Assembly: GCA_033764015.1 (NCBI GenBank)
Contig: JANRJK010000036.1
Location: 160,001-224,000 of the forward strand
Direction of reading: 5' to 3'
DNA length: 64,000 bases
DNA from: Candidatus Sumerlaeia bacterium
GTDB lineage: Bacteria; Sumerlaeota; Sumerlaeia; SLMS01; JANRJK01
Part shown: positions 19,946 to 31,100 of the stretch, piece after piece
Layout: each line of letters opens with the position of its first letter
Numbering within the stretch: position 1 is the stretch's first letter
Position numbers and translations under genes: made by a program
Notes under the pieces: generated by a model
The model's database searches: none
Seen by the model: the letters and a program-made list of their open reading frames with translations, nothing else
What the model was told of the DNA's origin: nothing

Positions 19946-20308
19946 TCCCGCGGCGAGCTTGCGGATCGCTGACGCGGGGGTGCTCCGAACCAATCTTGCC
20001 GGAGTCGCCTGAGGCACCAACGGCACCCTTGGCTTTGCGCCCGTTCCCCCTCCGCGCTGCGGAGGACTCTTCGGGGTGCGGCGGCTTCTCCGCGCGGACT
20101 ATGGTGGGGGTGGTTGGCGGGCAGCCCTCGCGCGCGGTCGCGATGCGCACGAACGGTTCGTGGAGGCTGTGCCCTCATGGCAGTGACGCATCACGGCCCC
20201 GTGCCGATAGCCTTTGCCCCGTGCGGGCGCGGGGCGCGCTCATGGCGCGAAGCAACATTCCGCGGAGCGCCGCGAGGAAGCTCCGCCCCGAACCGGAGAC
20301 CCCTTGCC

Positions 20309-21535
20309 ATGGCCAAACTATCCGTCGCCGACATCGATGTCCGCGGCAAGCGCGTGCTGCTGCGCTGCGACTTCAACGTGCCGCTCGATGGCGACCGCAT
20401 CACGGACGATTCGCGCATTGTCGAAAGCCTCCCCACGATCCGCCACCTGATCCAGCATGGCGGCCGCGTGGTGATCGCGTCGCACCTCGGGCGCCCGGAC
20501 GGCAAGCGCACGCCGGAGTTCAGCCTGGCGCCGGTCGCCAAGCGCCTGTCGGAGCTGCTCGGCAAGCAGGTGCCGCTCGCGAGCGACTGCGTGGGCCCGG
20601 AGGTCGAGGCGCAGGCCGCAGCGCTGAAGGACGGCGATGTGCTCCTGCTCGAGAACGTCCGCTTCCACAAGCAGGAGGACGAGAAGAAGAACAAGGAGAC
20701 GAAGACCTTCAGCGAGGCGCGGCAGGAGTTTGCGAAGCGCATGGCGGCGCTCGGCGACGTGTACGTGAACGACGCCTTCGGCACCGCGCACCGCGACCAC
20801 GTCTCGACGTGCGGCGTGGGGCACCTGCTGTCGCCGCGCGCGTGCGGCTTCCTGATCCAGAAGGAACTGAAGTACCTCAAGGAGGCGCTCGAGGCGCCGA
20901 AGCGGCCGCTCCTCGCGATCATCGGCGGCGCCAAGGTATCGACCAAGGTGCCCGTGATCGAGTCGCTGCTCGACAAGGTCGACACGCTCTATATCGGCGG
21001 CGGCATGACGTACACCTTCGCCAAGGCGATGGGCTACGAGATCGGCAAGTCGCTCTTCGAAGCGGAGGCGTTCGAGACCGCGCAGAAGCTGCTGGACCTG
21101 TTCCGCTCGGGCACGCGCCGCGCCCGCATCGTGTTCCCGACCGACGCGCTGGTGGCGGACAAGTTCTCCGAGGACGCCAACACGCAGTACGTCGATTTGG
21201 ACAAGATCCCCGCCGACATGGAGGCCGTGGACATCGGCCCGAAGTCGATCGCGGACCTGAAGCGCATCATCGGCGAGTCTCAGACGGTCGTCTGGAACGG
21301 CCCCGTGGGCGTGTTCGAAATCGCGAAGTTCGCCGCCGGCACGAAGGCGATCGCGGAGGCGATGGCCGCCGCGCAGGGCCGCATCACCATCGTCGGCGGC
21401 GGCGACACCGCGTCGGCGATCCGCCAGTTCGGCTTCGACGAGAAGGTGTCGCACGTCTCGACCGGCGGCGGCGCGAGCCTCGAGTTCCTCGAAGGCAAGA
21501 AGCTCCCCGGCATCGAGGTGCTGGACGAGGCGTAA
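20309..21535 (+). CDS. pgk: Phosphoglycerate kinase
   Basis: RCDFNVP, SHLGRP, LENVRF, NDAFGTAHR, GGAKVS, WNGPVG, STGGGASLE. Confidence 0.98.
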   Translation: MAKLSVADIDVRGKRVLLRCDFNVPLDGDRITDDSRIVESLPTIRHLIQHGGRVVIASHLGRPDGKRTPEFSLAPVAKRLSELLGKQVPLASDCVGPEVEAQAAALKDGDVLLLENVRFHKQEDEKKNKETKTFSEARQEFAKRMAALGDVYVNDAFGTAHRDHVSTCGVGHLLSPRACGFLIQKELKYLKEALEAPKRPLLAIIGGAKVSTKVPVIESLLDKVDTLYIGGGMTYTFAKAMGYEIGKSLFEAEAFETAQKLLDLFRSGTRRARIVFPTDALVADKFSEDANTQYVDLDKIPADMEAVDIGPKSIADLKRIIGESQTVVWNGPVGVFEIAKFAAGTKAIAEAMAAAQGRITIVGGGDTASAIRQFGFDEKVSHVSTGGGASLEFLEGKKLPGIEVLDEA

Positions 21536-21546
21536 CTGCTGATCGG

Positions 21547-21584
21547 GGTTTGCCCGGCCCGCCACGCAGCGGGCCGGGCAAACC
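21547..21584 (+). terminator. Hairpin downstream of pgk
   Basis: 16-bp perfect stem GGTTTGCCCGGCCCGC / GCGGGCCGGGCAAACC with 6-nt loop; weak U tail. Confidence 0.6.
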
Positions 21585-21644
21585 GGATTTCGGGGAGGAC
21601 CGTCTGCTTGCAGCAGAGTTCAACGTTCATCCAAGGATTTGCCG

Positions 21645-22406
21645 ATGCGCACTAGACTGATTGTGGCCACGGTTTTTACCGCCCTCGCAGCCGCCCATGC
21701 GGCTGCCGCGATTCACGAGTTCAAGTTCAACGGTTCCGGTGGAAATCCACACGCCTCCGCGGAGGTGCGGATCGTGGGCGTGCGGTCGTGGGAGACGAAG
21801 CATTCGGCCTCTTGGGAAGTGCTGTATGAAGGATGGCTGGACGAGACCGGAGTCTTGCGGATCGACGACTCGGTCTGGCGCGAGAAGGGCTTCTATACCG
21901 GCCTGAAGGGCGAGGAGTCGCTCGCCCCGGGTGCGGAACAGAAGGGATTGATCTCGGTCGATGTGCGGTTCCCCGGTGACGGGCCGCGTGTCTGGCAGCG
22001 CGTCGCCGGGCAACACGCGGTCGATGCCGAGGGGTTCCGTCTCTCGAACCCGGCAGCCGGCTTGGAGGACACGGTGTCCTTCAAGGTGCGCTTCGCCCCC
22101 GAGGAGGGTGGCGCACCGCTCGGCACGGTGGTGTTCGCCGCCCAAGTCTACCGCACGAGCGGCAACCAGAACCACTCGAGCCGGAACTCTAACCCAGCAT
22201 CGCTGCTCCTCGTCGTCGAGGATGGGCTCGCGCACTTCACGGTGCCGAAGTCCGACTTCCCCCCGGGCGCGAAGGAAGGCGGGGAGGAACTGGTCCATGA
22301 GCTCGGGGTCCGCGCGCTCGAAGGCGGTGGAGATCGCACCTCCGGGCAGGTGGGACTTGATCTGAAGCCTGGCGAAGAGAAGGTGATCACGCTCTCCGAG
22401 CCCTGA
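21645..22406 (+). CDS. Hypothetical secreted beta-rich protein
   Basis: Sec signal peptide (MRTRLIVATVFTALAAAHAAA); AAGGA upstream; coding-like composition. Confidence 0.65.
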   Translation: MRTRLIVATVFTALAAAHAAAAIHEFKFNGSGGNPHASAEVRIVGVRSWETKHSASWEVLYEGWLDETGVLRIDDSVWREKGFYTGLKGEESLAPGAEQKGLISVDVRFPGDGPRVWQRVAGQHAVDAEGFRLSNPAAGLEDTVSFKVRFAPEEGGAPLGTVVFAAQVYRTSGNQNHSSRNSNPASLLLVVEDGLAHFTVPKSDFPPGAKEGGEELVHELGVRALEGGGDRTSGQVGLDLKPGEEKVITLSEP

Positions 22407-22430
22407 TCCGCCACGCTTCCGGCAACGACA

Positions 22431-22463
22431 ATCCCCGCCTTGGCGCGCTGCCAAGGCGGGGAT
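22431..22463. terminator. Probable bidirectional terminator between convergent genes
   Basis: 14-bp stem ATCCCCGCCTTGGC / GCCAAGGCGGGGAT, flanked by AACGACA and CGTTGTTT. Confidence 0.7.
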
Positions 22464-22495
22464 CGTTGTTTCCGGGGGGCGCCGTTTGGGCGCGG

Positions 22496-25147
22496 TTACG
22501 GCATCAGCGTGGTCGGCACCAGCTCGCGCATGTTGACCGAGCGCAAGTAAAGCGTCGCCGAACGGTTGTCCGTTTCGGAGAAGCCGGTGAGGTCGAAGGC
22601 GACGCGCATGCCTTGGCGGGCGACTTCGTCGTTCGAGGGCCGGTAGTAGAACCGGTACACCTTGCCGGAGAGGTCCGTGGGCATCTGGTTCGAGTTGGCG
22701 TCGAGGCCGGCGAAGACCGCGACGGACGCCTCCTCGCCAGTGCCGCTCATGGCACGCAGGCGGAAGTCGGGCACCTTCAGCGGGTCGGCTTCGTCGCTGG
22801 CGATGACTGCTTCGATCTCATAAACTCGGTCGGCGCGCAGTTCCGTCGAGAAGGCGCCATCCCCATCGACGAACGGAACAAGGTCCGACTCCCAGTAGCC
22901 GAAGACGTTTTCCTTGCCGCCGGGGCTCAAGGCGAGGCCGTGGGCCGTGACGTTGAAGAGCGGCGACTCGTGCACATCGGTTACGCCCTGCCGCCAGCTG
23001 GTGCCGATGTCGTAGGAGGCGGTCGCCAGCGCGGCGGTGCGCCCGGAGAGGAACGTGGAGCTGGAGCCGGTCTGGAGGTTCTGGTAGAGGAAGAGCGGAT
23101 TGGTGCGGCGGAAGAAGGGACGGTTCCCGAACCCGGAAACCGTGGCTTCTTGGATGAGCGTGGCATTCGCGTCGCCCGTCGACGGATTCACATTGGTGTC
23201 CGAGAAAAGCGCGCGGTAGTCGCGGAGCGAAATGTCCGGGTAGCGGTGGCGGATGAGCGCGGCCGCGGCGCCAAGGTGGGCGGTCGCGGCGGATGGCCCT
23301 TCGAAGTAGAAGGGGTCGAGCGCGGTACCCAAGAGGTTGGTGGTTGCCGTGCTCACACGGGTGTATCCCACGACCGTGGGGACGTCCTGGGCGGTGAACC
23401 ACTTGACGTAGCCGTTGCGGTCGGCCTGCCCCGGGCCCGGGTCCAGACCCGGCATCGCATCATCGGGAACACTGGTGCCGTTCGCGAAGGCGGCCACCTC
23501 GCCCACGGAGATGACCGGCGGCAAGGCGTCCGCATTGTTCAGCGCGATCCCGTGCGTGAGGTGATTGGTGTCGATGATCGAGCCTTGCAGGATCAACACG
23601 GTGAACAGCAGGGGCGAGTTGTCGTTCTGGTCCTTCTTGCGGATCGCGAGTCCGCCCAGGAACGTGCCGGGGACGGTGGGGGCGTAGAAGATCCTCTCGA
23701 TGGGCAGGCCGAACCCGTTCTGGAACGCGGTGGACTGCGCCGCCGGAAGGTCCAAGCTATAGCCCGGCGCGCTGGTGAGGTAGAGGTCCAGGTCGCGAGT
23801 CGCGCGCGGCGCCGCGTCGTCCCAAACATCGTCCCAAATGATGAGCAGTTCCACCTGTCCGGAGGTGGCATCGGGACGGATGAGGAGGAGTTGGTCCTCG
23901 GGGGAGCCCTCGGTTGCGAAGTTGTGCAGCTTCAGGCCGGAGGTCGCCGTGCTGGGCCGGAAGTAGTCCACCACGTAGGCGGGGAAGCGGCCCGGGCGCG
24001 TCGCCGGCAGGCTCGTCAAGGAGTCCACCGAATTGGCGACCGGAGGGGTGACGCCGCCGGCGGAGGCGAACACCGCCTTGGGGCGGTCCTGCCGGATGCG
24101 CTGGCCGTCGAACCACTGGCGGCCGCTAGCGATCGCCTCGAGCGTCTGCGAGACGGTGCTGCTTCCATCGAAGCGTCCGGCGTCGGGGAACACGAGGTTC
24201 TCGATCAGGATGTCGATGCCGCGGTTCGCCAGCTCGCGGCGGGCGGCCTCGAGTTCGAGGTCCGTGCGCGCGCCGCCGAAGAAGGCGCGGACTCCCGGGG
24301 CGACATCGAAGAGGACCTCCAGCATCGCCGCTCCCTCGGGATAGGCGGTCTGCGGCAGCCCGTAGGTCGCTTCCTGATCCAAAACGTGCGCCGAAAAGGA
24401 GCCCGGGAAAATCTCCACGGCGCCGAAGAAGCGGTTCACGGGGGGCTGGGAGCCGAAGGTTTCCTCGTAGCCCGGGATTTCCCCTGTGTCGACGAGGACG
24501 TTGGTGTCGGCATCCAAGGGTTGCGACTCGAAGAGCCCCTGCGAGATGACGCCGACCCGGACGCCGGACCCGTTGAAGTTCTCCAACGACCGGACAATGT
24601 TCGTCCCTTGGAACAGGTCGCCCTGAGAGCGCACTTCGCCACTGGTGGGAACACCGTAGCTGGGACGCCGGATCGAGCGGACCGCGTCTAGTTCCGCGAG
24701 CTTGCGCAGACCGTCGAGTTTCACCCATCCCTGCACCAGATGCCGCTTCGCCGAAACGAGTTCGACTTCGAGTCCGGCCTGCTCCAGCGCCGCGAGCGTT
24801 TCAGAGCCCGGGTCCTCGACGGAGACGTACACCTGGATCTGTTCCGCGGCATCACCGCGGAGGAGGAAGGAGGGTCGACCATAAGCCGCGGCGTGGCGGT
24901 TCGCCATCGCCGCGCGGGCGTCGCCGTCCTGCGCCATCGCGGCGTCGCGGACAGCCCGGAGGTCTTGGGCGATCTTGCCCTCGGCACCGGCGGCGGCGGC
25001 GCGTGCCGCGGAGTCGAGGGAGGCGCCGCCGGTGGCGAGGCGAGCCTCCGTTGGGGGCGCCGCCGCGGCGCTGCCGACGGTCGCGATGACGGCCATGGCC
25101 GCGAACGCGCGGAGTCCGCGGGTGGGCTTGCGTGTCGTTGTGCTCAT
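22496..25147 (-). CDS. Secreted subtilase (S8/S53-like) homolog with degenerate active site and unnamed C-terminal domain
   Basis: Signal peptide, prodomain, [40 protein letters not shown] overlaps upstream stop (ATGA). Confidence 0.72.
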   Translation of the reverse strand: MSTTTRKPTRGLRAFAAMAVIATVGSAAAAPPTEARLATGGASLDSAARAAAAGAEGKIAQDLRAVRDAAMAQDGDARAAMANRHAAAYGRPSFLLRGDAAEQIQVYVSVEDPGSETLAALEQAGLEVELVSAKRHLVQGWVKLDGLRKLAELDAVRSIRRPSYGVPTSGEVRSQGDLFQGTNIVRSLENFNGSGVRVGVISQGLFESQPLDADTNVLVDTGEIPGYEETFGSQPPVNRFFGAVEIFPGSFSAHVLDQEATYGLPQTAYPEGAAMLEVLFDVAPGVRAFFGGARTDLELEAARRELANRGIDILIENLVFPDAGRFDGSSTVSQTLEAIASGRQWFDGQRIRQDRPKAVFASAGGVTPPVANSVDSLTSLPATRPGRFPAYVVDYFRPSTATSGLKLHNFATEGSPEDQLLLIRPDATSGQVELLIIWDDVWDDAAPRATRDLDLYLTSAPGYSLDLPAAQSTAFQNGFGLPIERIFYAPTVPGTFLGGLAIRKKDQNDNSPLLFTVLILQGSIIDTNHLTHGIALNNADALPPVISVGEVAAFANGTSVPDDAMPGLDPGPGQADRNGYVKWFTAQDVPTVVGYTRVSTATTNLLGTALDPFYFEGPSAATAHLGAAAALIRHRYPDISLRDYRALFSDTNVNPSTGDANATLIQEATVSGFGNRPFFRRTNPLFLYQNLQTGSSSTFLSGRTAALATASYDIGTSWRQGVTDVHESPLFNVTAHGLALSPGGKENVFGYWESDLVPFVDGDGAFSTELRADRVYEIEAVIASDEADPLKVPDFRLRAMSGTGEEASVAVFAGLDANSNQMPTDLSGKVYRFYYRPSNDEVARQGMRVAFDLTGFSETDNRSATLYLRSVNMRELVPTTLMP

Positions 25148-28100
25148 TCCATCAGCTCCCAATCCTGAACCGAAGTGATCGGATTCGAGTTGCCGGCGAG
25201 CGACACGGTGAAGGCGCCCGAGGGGGCGTTCGCCGTTTCGCCGTCGGGGTTGAACACTCGGACCGTCCGCGCGCCGGGCTGGGCCGATGCCGCGATCCGG
25301 ATCTTGACTTCCATTTCCGTCGATGAGCGGACGATCGGCTGCGACAAGAGCGTGATGCCGTCGCCGAAGGTGGCCTGCGCGCCCGTCTTGAAGTTGCGGC
25401 CGTAGAGTGTCACGATCCGTTCGACGCCTTGCGGCGCGTAGCCCGGGTTCGCGACGTACACGTCGAGGACCGGCGTGACAACCGTCACGACGGGGCCGGA
25501 GGGGGCCACGTTGGCGTTCTGCGGCGTGTTGTTGCCGGTGCCGACGAGGCGGTTCAGATAGACGTAGTCGAGCCCGCCGATCGTATCGAGGCCGAAGCTG
25601 CGCCCCGCCTGGCCGACGTAGATGTCGAGGTCGCCGTCGCCGTCCATGTCGAAGAGCGCGACCGCCCGCGGGTTGCCATGCGGTCCAGAGGTGTTGTTCG
25701 GGAAGAGGGTCGTCACCGGCGGCGGGACCTCGGTCGTGGAGACTGCGTTGAAGGACGCGACGCCCTGCTGCTGCTCGTTGTGGAAGAAGACCACATTGCC
25801 CGCCACTTCGTTGTCGTTCGCGGCGGTCGCGATGTCCAGCCAGCCGTCGCGATCGACGTCGCCGAGTCGCGCGTCGAAGTACGTGGGCGCCGGGTCGCCG
25901 GTGACTGTCGGGAGTACGCCGGTGGAGAGTTGGAAGCGGCCGGTTCCGTCGTTCGCCATGTACGCGACAAGTCCTTCGTCACCGAAGAACGCGAGGTCCC
26001 AGACGCCTTCGAAGGCGCTGTTGTTGTTGAGGTCCAGATAGCGCTGGTTGCGCTGCGTCACCACGGTGCGGAGCGGGCTGGCCGGATCGGCCTGCACCTC
26101 GGTCACTCGGATCGAGGTCTGCCGTGCGCGGACCTGCGCGCTGGGGAAGTCCTCCGCGCGGATCGCCGCCACCATCGTGTTGAAGTTGAGCGACTCCGTT
26201 TCCGTGACGACGCCGTCGCCGTCGAGGTCTTCGGGGAGGTCGCCGTTGCGTCCGAAGTCGCCCGGCACGACGCGCTGGAAGGCGCCGGAGAGCTCAGGGA
26301 ACTGGGTCCGGTTGGCGCGGGTGAAGTGTCCGGCGTTCATCGGATCGTTCAGGTACAGCTCGCAGGTGGTCACGAGGCTGGCGCCGGGCGCGCCCGTGGC
26401 TGTCCGGTTCACCACCACGATATCGAGGTAGCCGTCGCCGTTCACGTCGACGAAGGCCGCGTCCACCGTGTCGTCCGGCTGCATTTGGTCGACGCCGCCG
26501 ATGTTGACGAGCGGGAGCCGGGTGAGGGCTTCCTCCGTGAACAAGAGCGTTTCCGGCTGGTTCGGCGTGAGGTTGTTCACGTAAAGAGCGTCCGGGGCAC
26601 CGAAGTCCGTGATGCCGTTCGCGAAGTAGGCGTCGAGGTCGCCGTCGTTGTCGATGTCGCCGACGACTACCTCATTGGTGAAGCGCTGGGGCGACGTGCC
26701 GCCGAGGAAGGGAAGCAGGAAGGAGTACTCCTCGAAGGCGCCGTGGCCGAGGAGCGACCCGCCATCGATCAGGGCGGCGGGGAAACCGTCTGCGCCGGGG
26801 GTTGCCTGGCGGACGCGGCGTTCGAAGACCTGCTGCGGGGCCAGGGAGTTGATTTCGATCGGAGTGGCGCCGGAGAGCGTGGTCTCTCGGGCGTTGATGT
26901 TCTTGTGGAACTGGGCCGGGCCGCCGAAGACACCCAGCAGCACGTCCGGGTCGCCGTCGTTGTCGAAGTCCGCCGCCGCCGCGGAGGAGAAGAGCTGGGG
27001 CGTGGAGTTCAGGGAGAGCGAACCGGAGATCGACTGGCGGAGGCGGGGCGCCGGCCAGCCGGTCCCGGCGGGCACGAAGCGCTTGTCCGAAGAGATTTGC
27101 GGGACACCCGTGTTTTTCAAAATATACGCGTAGTCGCCGCGGTCGGCGAGTTCCTTGCCGCCAGCGACCAGAATGTCGAGGCGCCCGTCGCGGTCGATAT
27201 CGAGCTCGACAGCGGCGGAGGTGCTGCCCGCCGGAGAGGCGTTCGGGACGCCGAGTTGGCTGACCGCGCCGTTGAACCCGCGCGCGATGGTCGTTGGCGT
27301 TGCGTCGTAGAACATCTGCGCGTCGGTGGAACTACGTCCGAAAACCGGCCGGATCGACGGGCTGTAAAGGTTGTTGGTGAGCAACCTTGGCTGGCCACCG
27401 GAGACCGTGACGAACGCGTCGAAATCGCCGTCGCTGTCCACGTCCACCAGATCCACGTCCGAGCCGTTCACCCTTCCGCTGAAGCTGAGGTTGATGGCTG
27501 AGGTGAGGAAGAGGTTGTCATCGGAGCCTTGCGAGTTGTTACTCCGGATCAGGCTGATGACGCCGCCGGCGGTGGACTGGCCATTGATCGAGGCGCCTTC
27601 CGGGGCATCGCTGACGAACACGAAGTCCGGACCGCCGTCGCGGTCGAGGTCCGCCATGGCGATGGCGCGGCCGCGGCCCTCGGGGGTTGTTTCGTTGTTG
27701 TTCGCAATCGCGGGGCGCCGTTGCGTCAGAACCGTGTAGAAGTTGTCGTTCGCGTCGTAGGTCTGTCCGTCGCCGCCCGTGAGAAAGGCCTGGTCGAAGC
27801 CGCCGAGGATCGTCCCGGTCTGTTGCCGGCTGATGAGGGCCAAGTCGTCATTGACGATGGGGAAGCCGTTCGCTTCGCGGAACCGCTCGTAGATGTAGAG
27901 ACCTTCGTTATCGGTGATGGTGACGATCGTCACGCTGCCGGAGCCGCGCAAGTCCGCGGCCGCGGCGCCGAGCGCGAACTCGAAGGAGGTGGGAACCTCG
28001 TTCAAGTCGAAGGTCCGGGCATCCGGGGTCTGGACGTCGCCCACCAAGCCGTCGGGGATGCCGAAGAGCAGCGGGGTGCCCTGAGCCGAGATGAAGTCGT

Positions 28101-31100
28101 TCTCCGTGCCGCCGAAGACAGTGCTGATGGGGCCTACGCCGTAGTTGGCCATGAAGTAGACGCCATCCGGCACACCGTCGCCGGCCGCGCCACCGATGGT
28201 GGTGTTCGGGAACGAAAGCAGGTCGTCATCGGCCTGGGAGAAGTCGAGGTTGGCCAGCAGCACCTTCAAACCATCGCGGTTCGTGATCTGCTGTTTGGTG
28301 CCGCCGGTGCGACGGTTCACGACGAAGAAGTCCGGGGCGTAGCTGCCGGACTGCCCGGTGAGGCCGGTTCCGCTCAGTCCCCAGGAGTAGGGGCTGATCG
28401 GCGCGGCGACGACCGCAGTTGTGGTCGAGACCTCGAACTCGGACTCGGCTTCCACAACTACGGGCGGGGGCGCGAGGTCGGGCGTCACAGGCGGGACCCG
28501 GTCCTGATCCACACCTTGGCCACCGAAGACACCGTCGAGGCCGAGGGTCTCGTCGCGGAACCAAAACGCGTTGTAGGCGCGCTCGTACGGGTCCGTCGCG
28601 ATCGGATTGCGGTTGAACACCTGCGAAGCGAGCGACGGGTACCGAGTGGCGAAGTAGAGGAAGGCGTCCGGCGTCCCGGGGGGGAGCGGCTGGAAGCTGT
28701 CGTCCACCAGTTCGTTGCGCCGGTTGATGAGAAGGCGCTCGCTGCCGACCAGCGTGCTTGAGACGAATCCGTTGAGGGTGATCAGACCGGCGGGAAGGAT
28801 GCCCTGGAAGTCGGGGACACCTGGTTCGAAGTCCTCCACGGTCACCGAGTCGCCGAGGTCGAGCGGGGCGAAGTTGCTGATCGAACCGACGAGGAGGTCC
28901 ATGTCGCCGTCGCCGTCCACGTCCGCGGCGTTGCCGGTCGTGTCGATCATGTTGCCTTCGGAGGAGCCGCCGACAACCGGCTGGATGGCGCGGGCGGTTG
29001 GATCGACGACGCCAAGGGCGGTGTTCAGCACGCCCGGGTTGGCCACGCCGGTGACTTCGATGAAGAAGCCGTCGCCGACGCTATCGGTGTCCGCGTCGGG
29101 GTTGATGCGCTCGTCGTCCGCGTCGATGTTGAGCAGGATCCGCATGGGGGAGCCGCCGGCGATCTGGCCGCCCTGCGCCACCGCGCGGTTGATGAAGGCG
29201 ATATCGAGGTCGCCGTCGTTGTCGAGGTCGAAGAGGACCGGTGTGGAAGTGATGTCCTGGACCAGCGGCAGGCGGTCGTCGAAGTTGCCGACGATGCCGT
29301 CGATGCCGAACGTCAGTTCTTCGTAGTAGCCGGGGCGCGATTCGCCTTCGTTGATGAAGATGCGGTTCATCAGGCCCGTGCCGCTGCCGCCGGGGTTGCC
29401 GGAGATCGCCATCACGATGTCGGGGTAGCCGTCGCCGTTCAGGTCGCCGGCGGCGGAACCGAAGCCGAAGAGGTCGCTGGCGGGGAACTGCTGCGCGCTT
29501 TCGCGGGTTTCCGTCGCGGGGGAAACGTCCGTCAGGATGAAGACGCCGGGCGTGCAGGCGTCGCCGACACCATCGCCGTCGAAGTCGCCCTGATCGGCGT
29601 TCGGGGTGTCGGGGCAGTTGTCGGAGCCGTCGCCGACGCCGTCACCGTCGCGGTCGCCGTCGCAGATGTCGCCGACGCCGTCGCCGTCCAGATCCGCTTG
29701 ATCGGGGTTGGAGTCGAACGGGCAGTTGTCGATGTCGTCCGGGATGCCGTCGCCGTCGCGGTCCGTGTCGCAGGCGTCGCCGATGCCGTTGCCGTCGGCG
29801 TCCTCCTGGCCCGGATTGAAGATGTCGGGGCAGTTGTCGAGGTTGTTGTCGATCCCGTCGCCGTCGCGGTCGTCGTCGCAGACGTCGCCAAGGCCATCGA
29901 AGTCCGAATCGGCTTGGTCTTGGTTGGGCGTGTCGGGGCAGTTGTCGAAGGCGTCGAGCACGCCGTCGGCGTCGCGGTCGCCCGCGCAGATGTCTCCGAT
30001 GCCGTCTCCGTCCACGTCCGCTTGGTCCGTGTTGGGCGTGTAGGGGCAGTTGTCGGCGTCGTTGCCGACACCGTCGCCGTCGAAGTCCTCGTTGAAGATG
30101 ACGCTGGGGCGAACGTTGTCGTTCGTGATGATGTTGACGCCCGAGATCACCTCGCCTTCGACCGGGATCGCGTAGGCGCGCTGCGGGTCGTCGGAGTAGA
30201 TCGCGGTAGGCGTCTGGCGGATGTAGCCGTTTTCCACCCGCGCCAAGTCGCCCTGGAGGCCGGTGACGTTGTCGTAGAGGTACTCTGCGGTGAAGAGCTG
30301 CTCGATCGCGACCGAGTTGCCCGGGTCGGCCGTGCGCGGCTTGAACTGCACGATGACGCTTGTGTCGCGGATCACCGAGAAGCTGTCGGCGAACAGGCGA
30401 CCGCCGGGAACGTAGTCCCAGATGCCTTGGAGGCGAGCCTCGTCGGCGTCGGCCACGATGACGCGGCTGGGTACCGTGAGGGAGGGGACGCGTTCGTCGT
30501 TGAGGATCAGCGAGGCCTGGTGCGTCGGCGCGTCGATCGTGTTCGCCCAGGAGACCGCGCGGGGGATCGCGCCCTCGCCCTCTTCGCCGAAGCCGATGCA
30601 TTCCTCCACGATCGTTCCGCCGACGTTGATGGCGGGCCGGTCGATCGTGTAGGCGGCGTCGTACATCTGGGCGAAGCCCATGGAAAGCGGGAATGCGGTC
30701 TGGTTCTCGAAGGTCCACGTCTGCCGGATCACGCGCGGGACTTCGATGTCGAGCGCCGGGAGGCGGATGATCTCGAAGCGCTGCGTCGCGAAGACGACGC
30801 CCGCGGGCGCGGGGATCGCGAAGACCAGCTCGTAGATGTCGAAGGTCTCGTTGTTGATCGTGAGCGAGTCGAAGAAGTTGCCGACCTGGAAGCCGCGCGA
30901 ATCGACGTCGGTGACCCGCCCGTCCACGTCGACGAAGCGGAAGACCGTGTAGTTCTGCGCCGCGTTCTCGAGGAGAGCGGGTCCGTCGCTGAACGAATAG
31001 GTGAACCGGGAGTCGGGGTTGAAGAAGGTTTCCGTCTCATTCGTCACCGGGTCGGTGACGGTGAAGATCGAGAAGCCGATCTGCATTTCGACGTATTCGC

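Noticed and set aside
29554..30087. 108-bp periodic DNA repeats as a CRISPR-like array
   Set aside because: Repeats are degenerate at synonymous positions and encode in-frame TSP3 units; no spacers or cas genes
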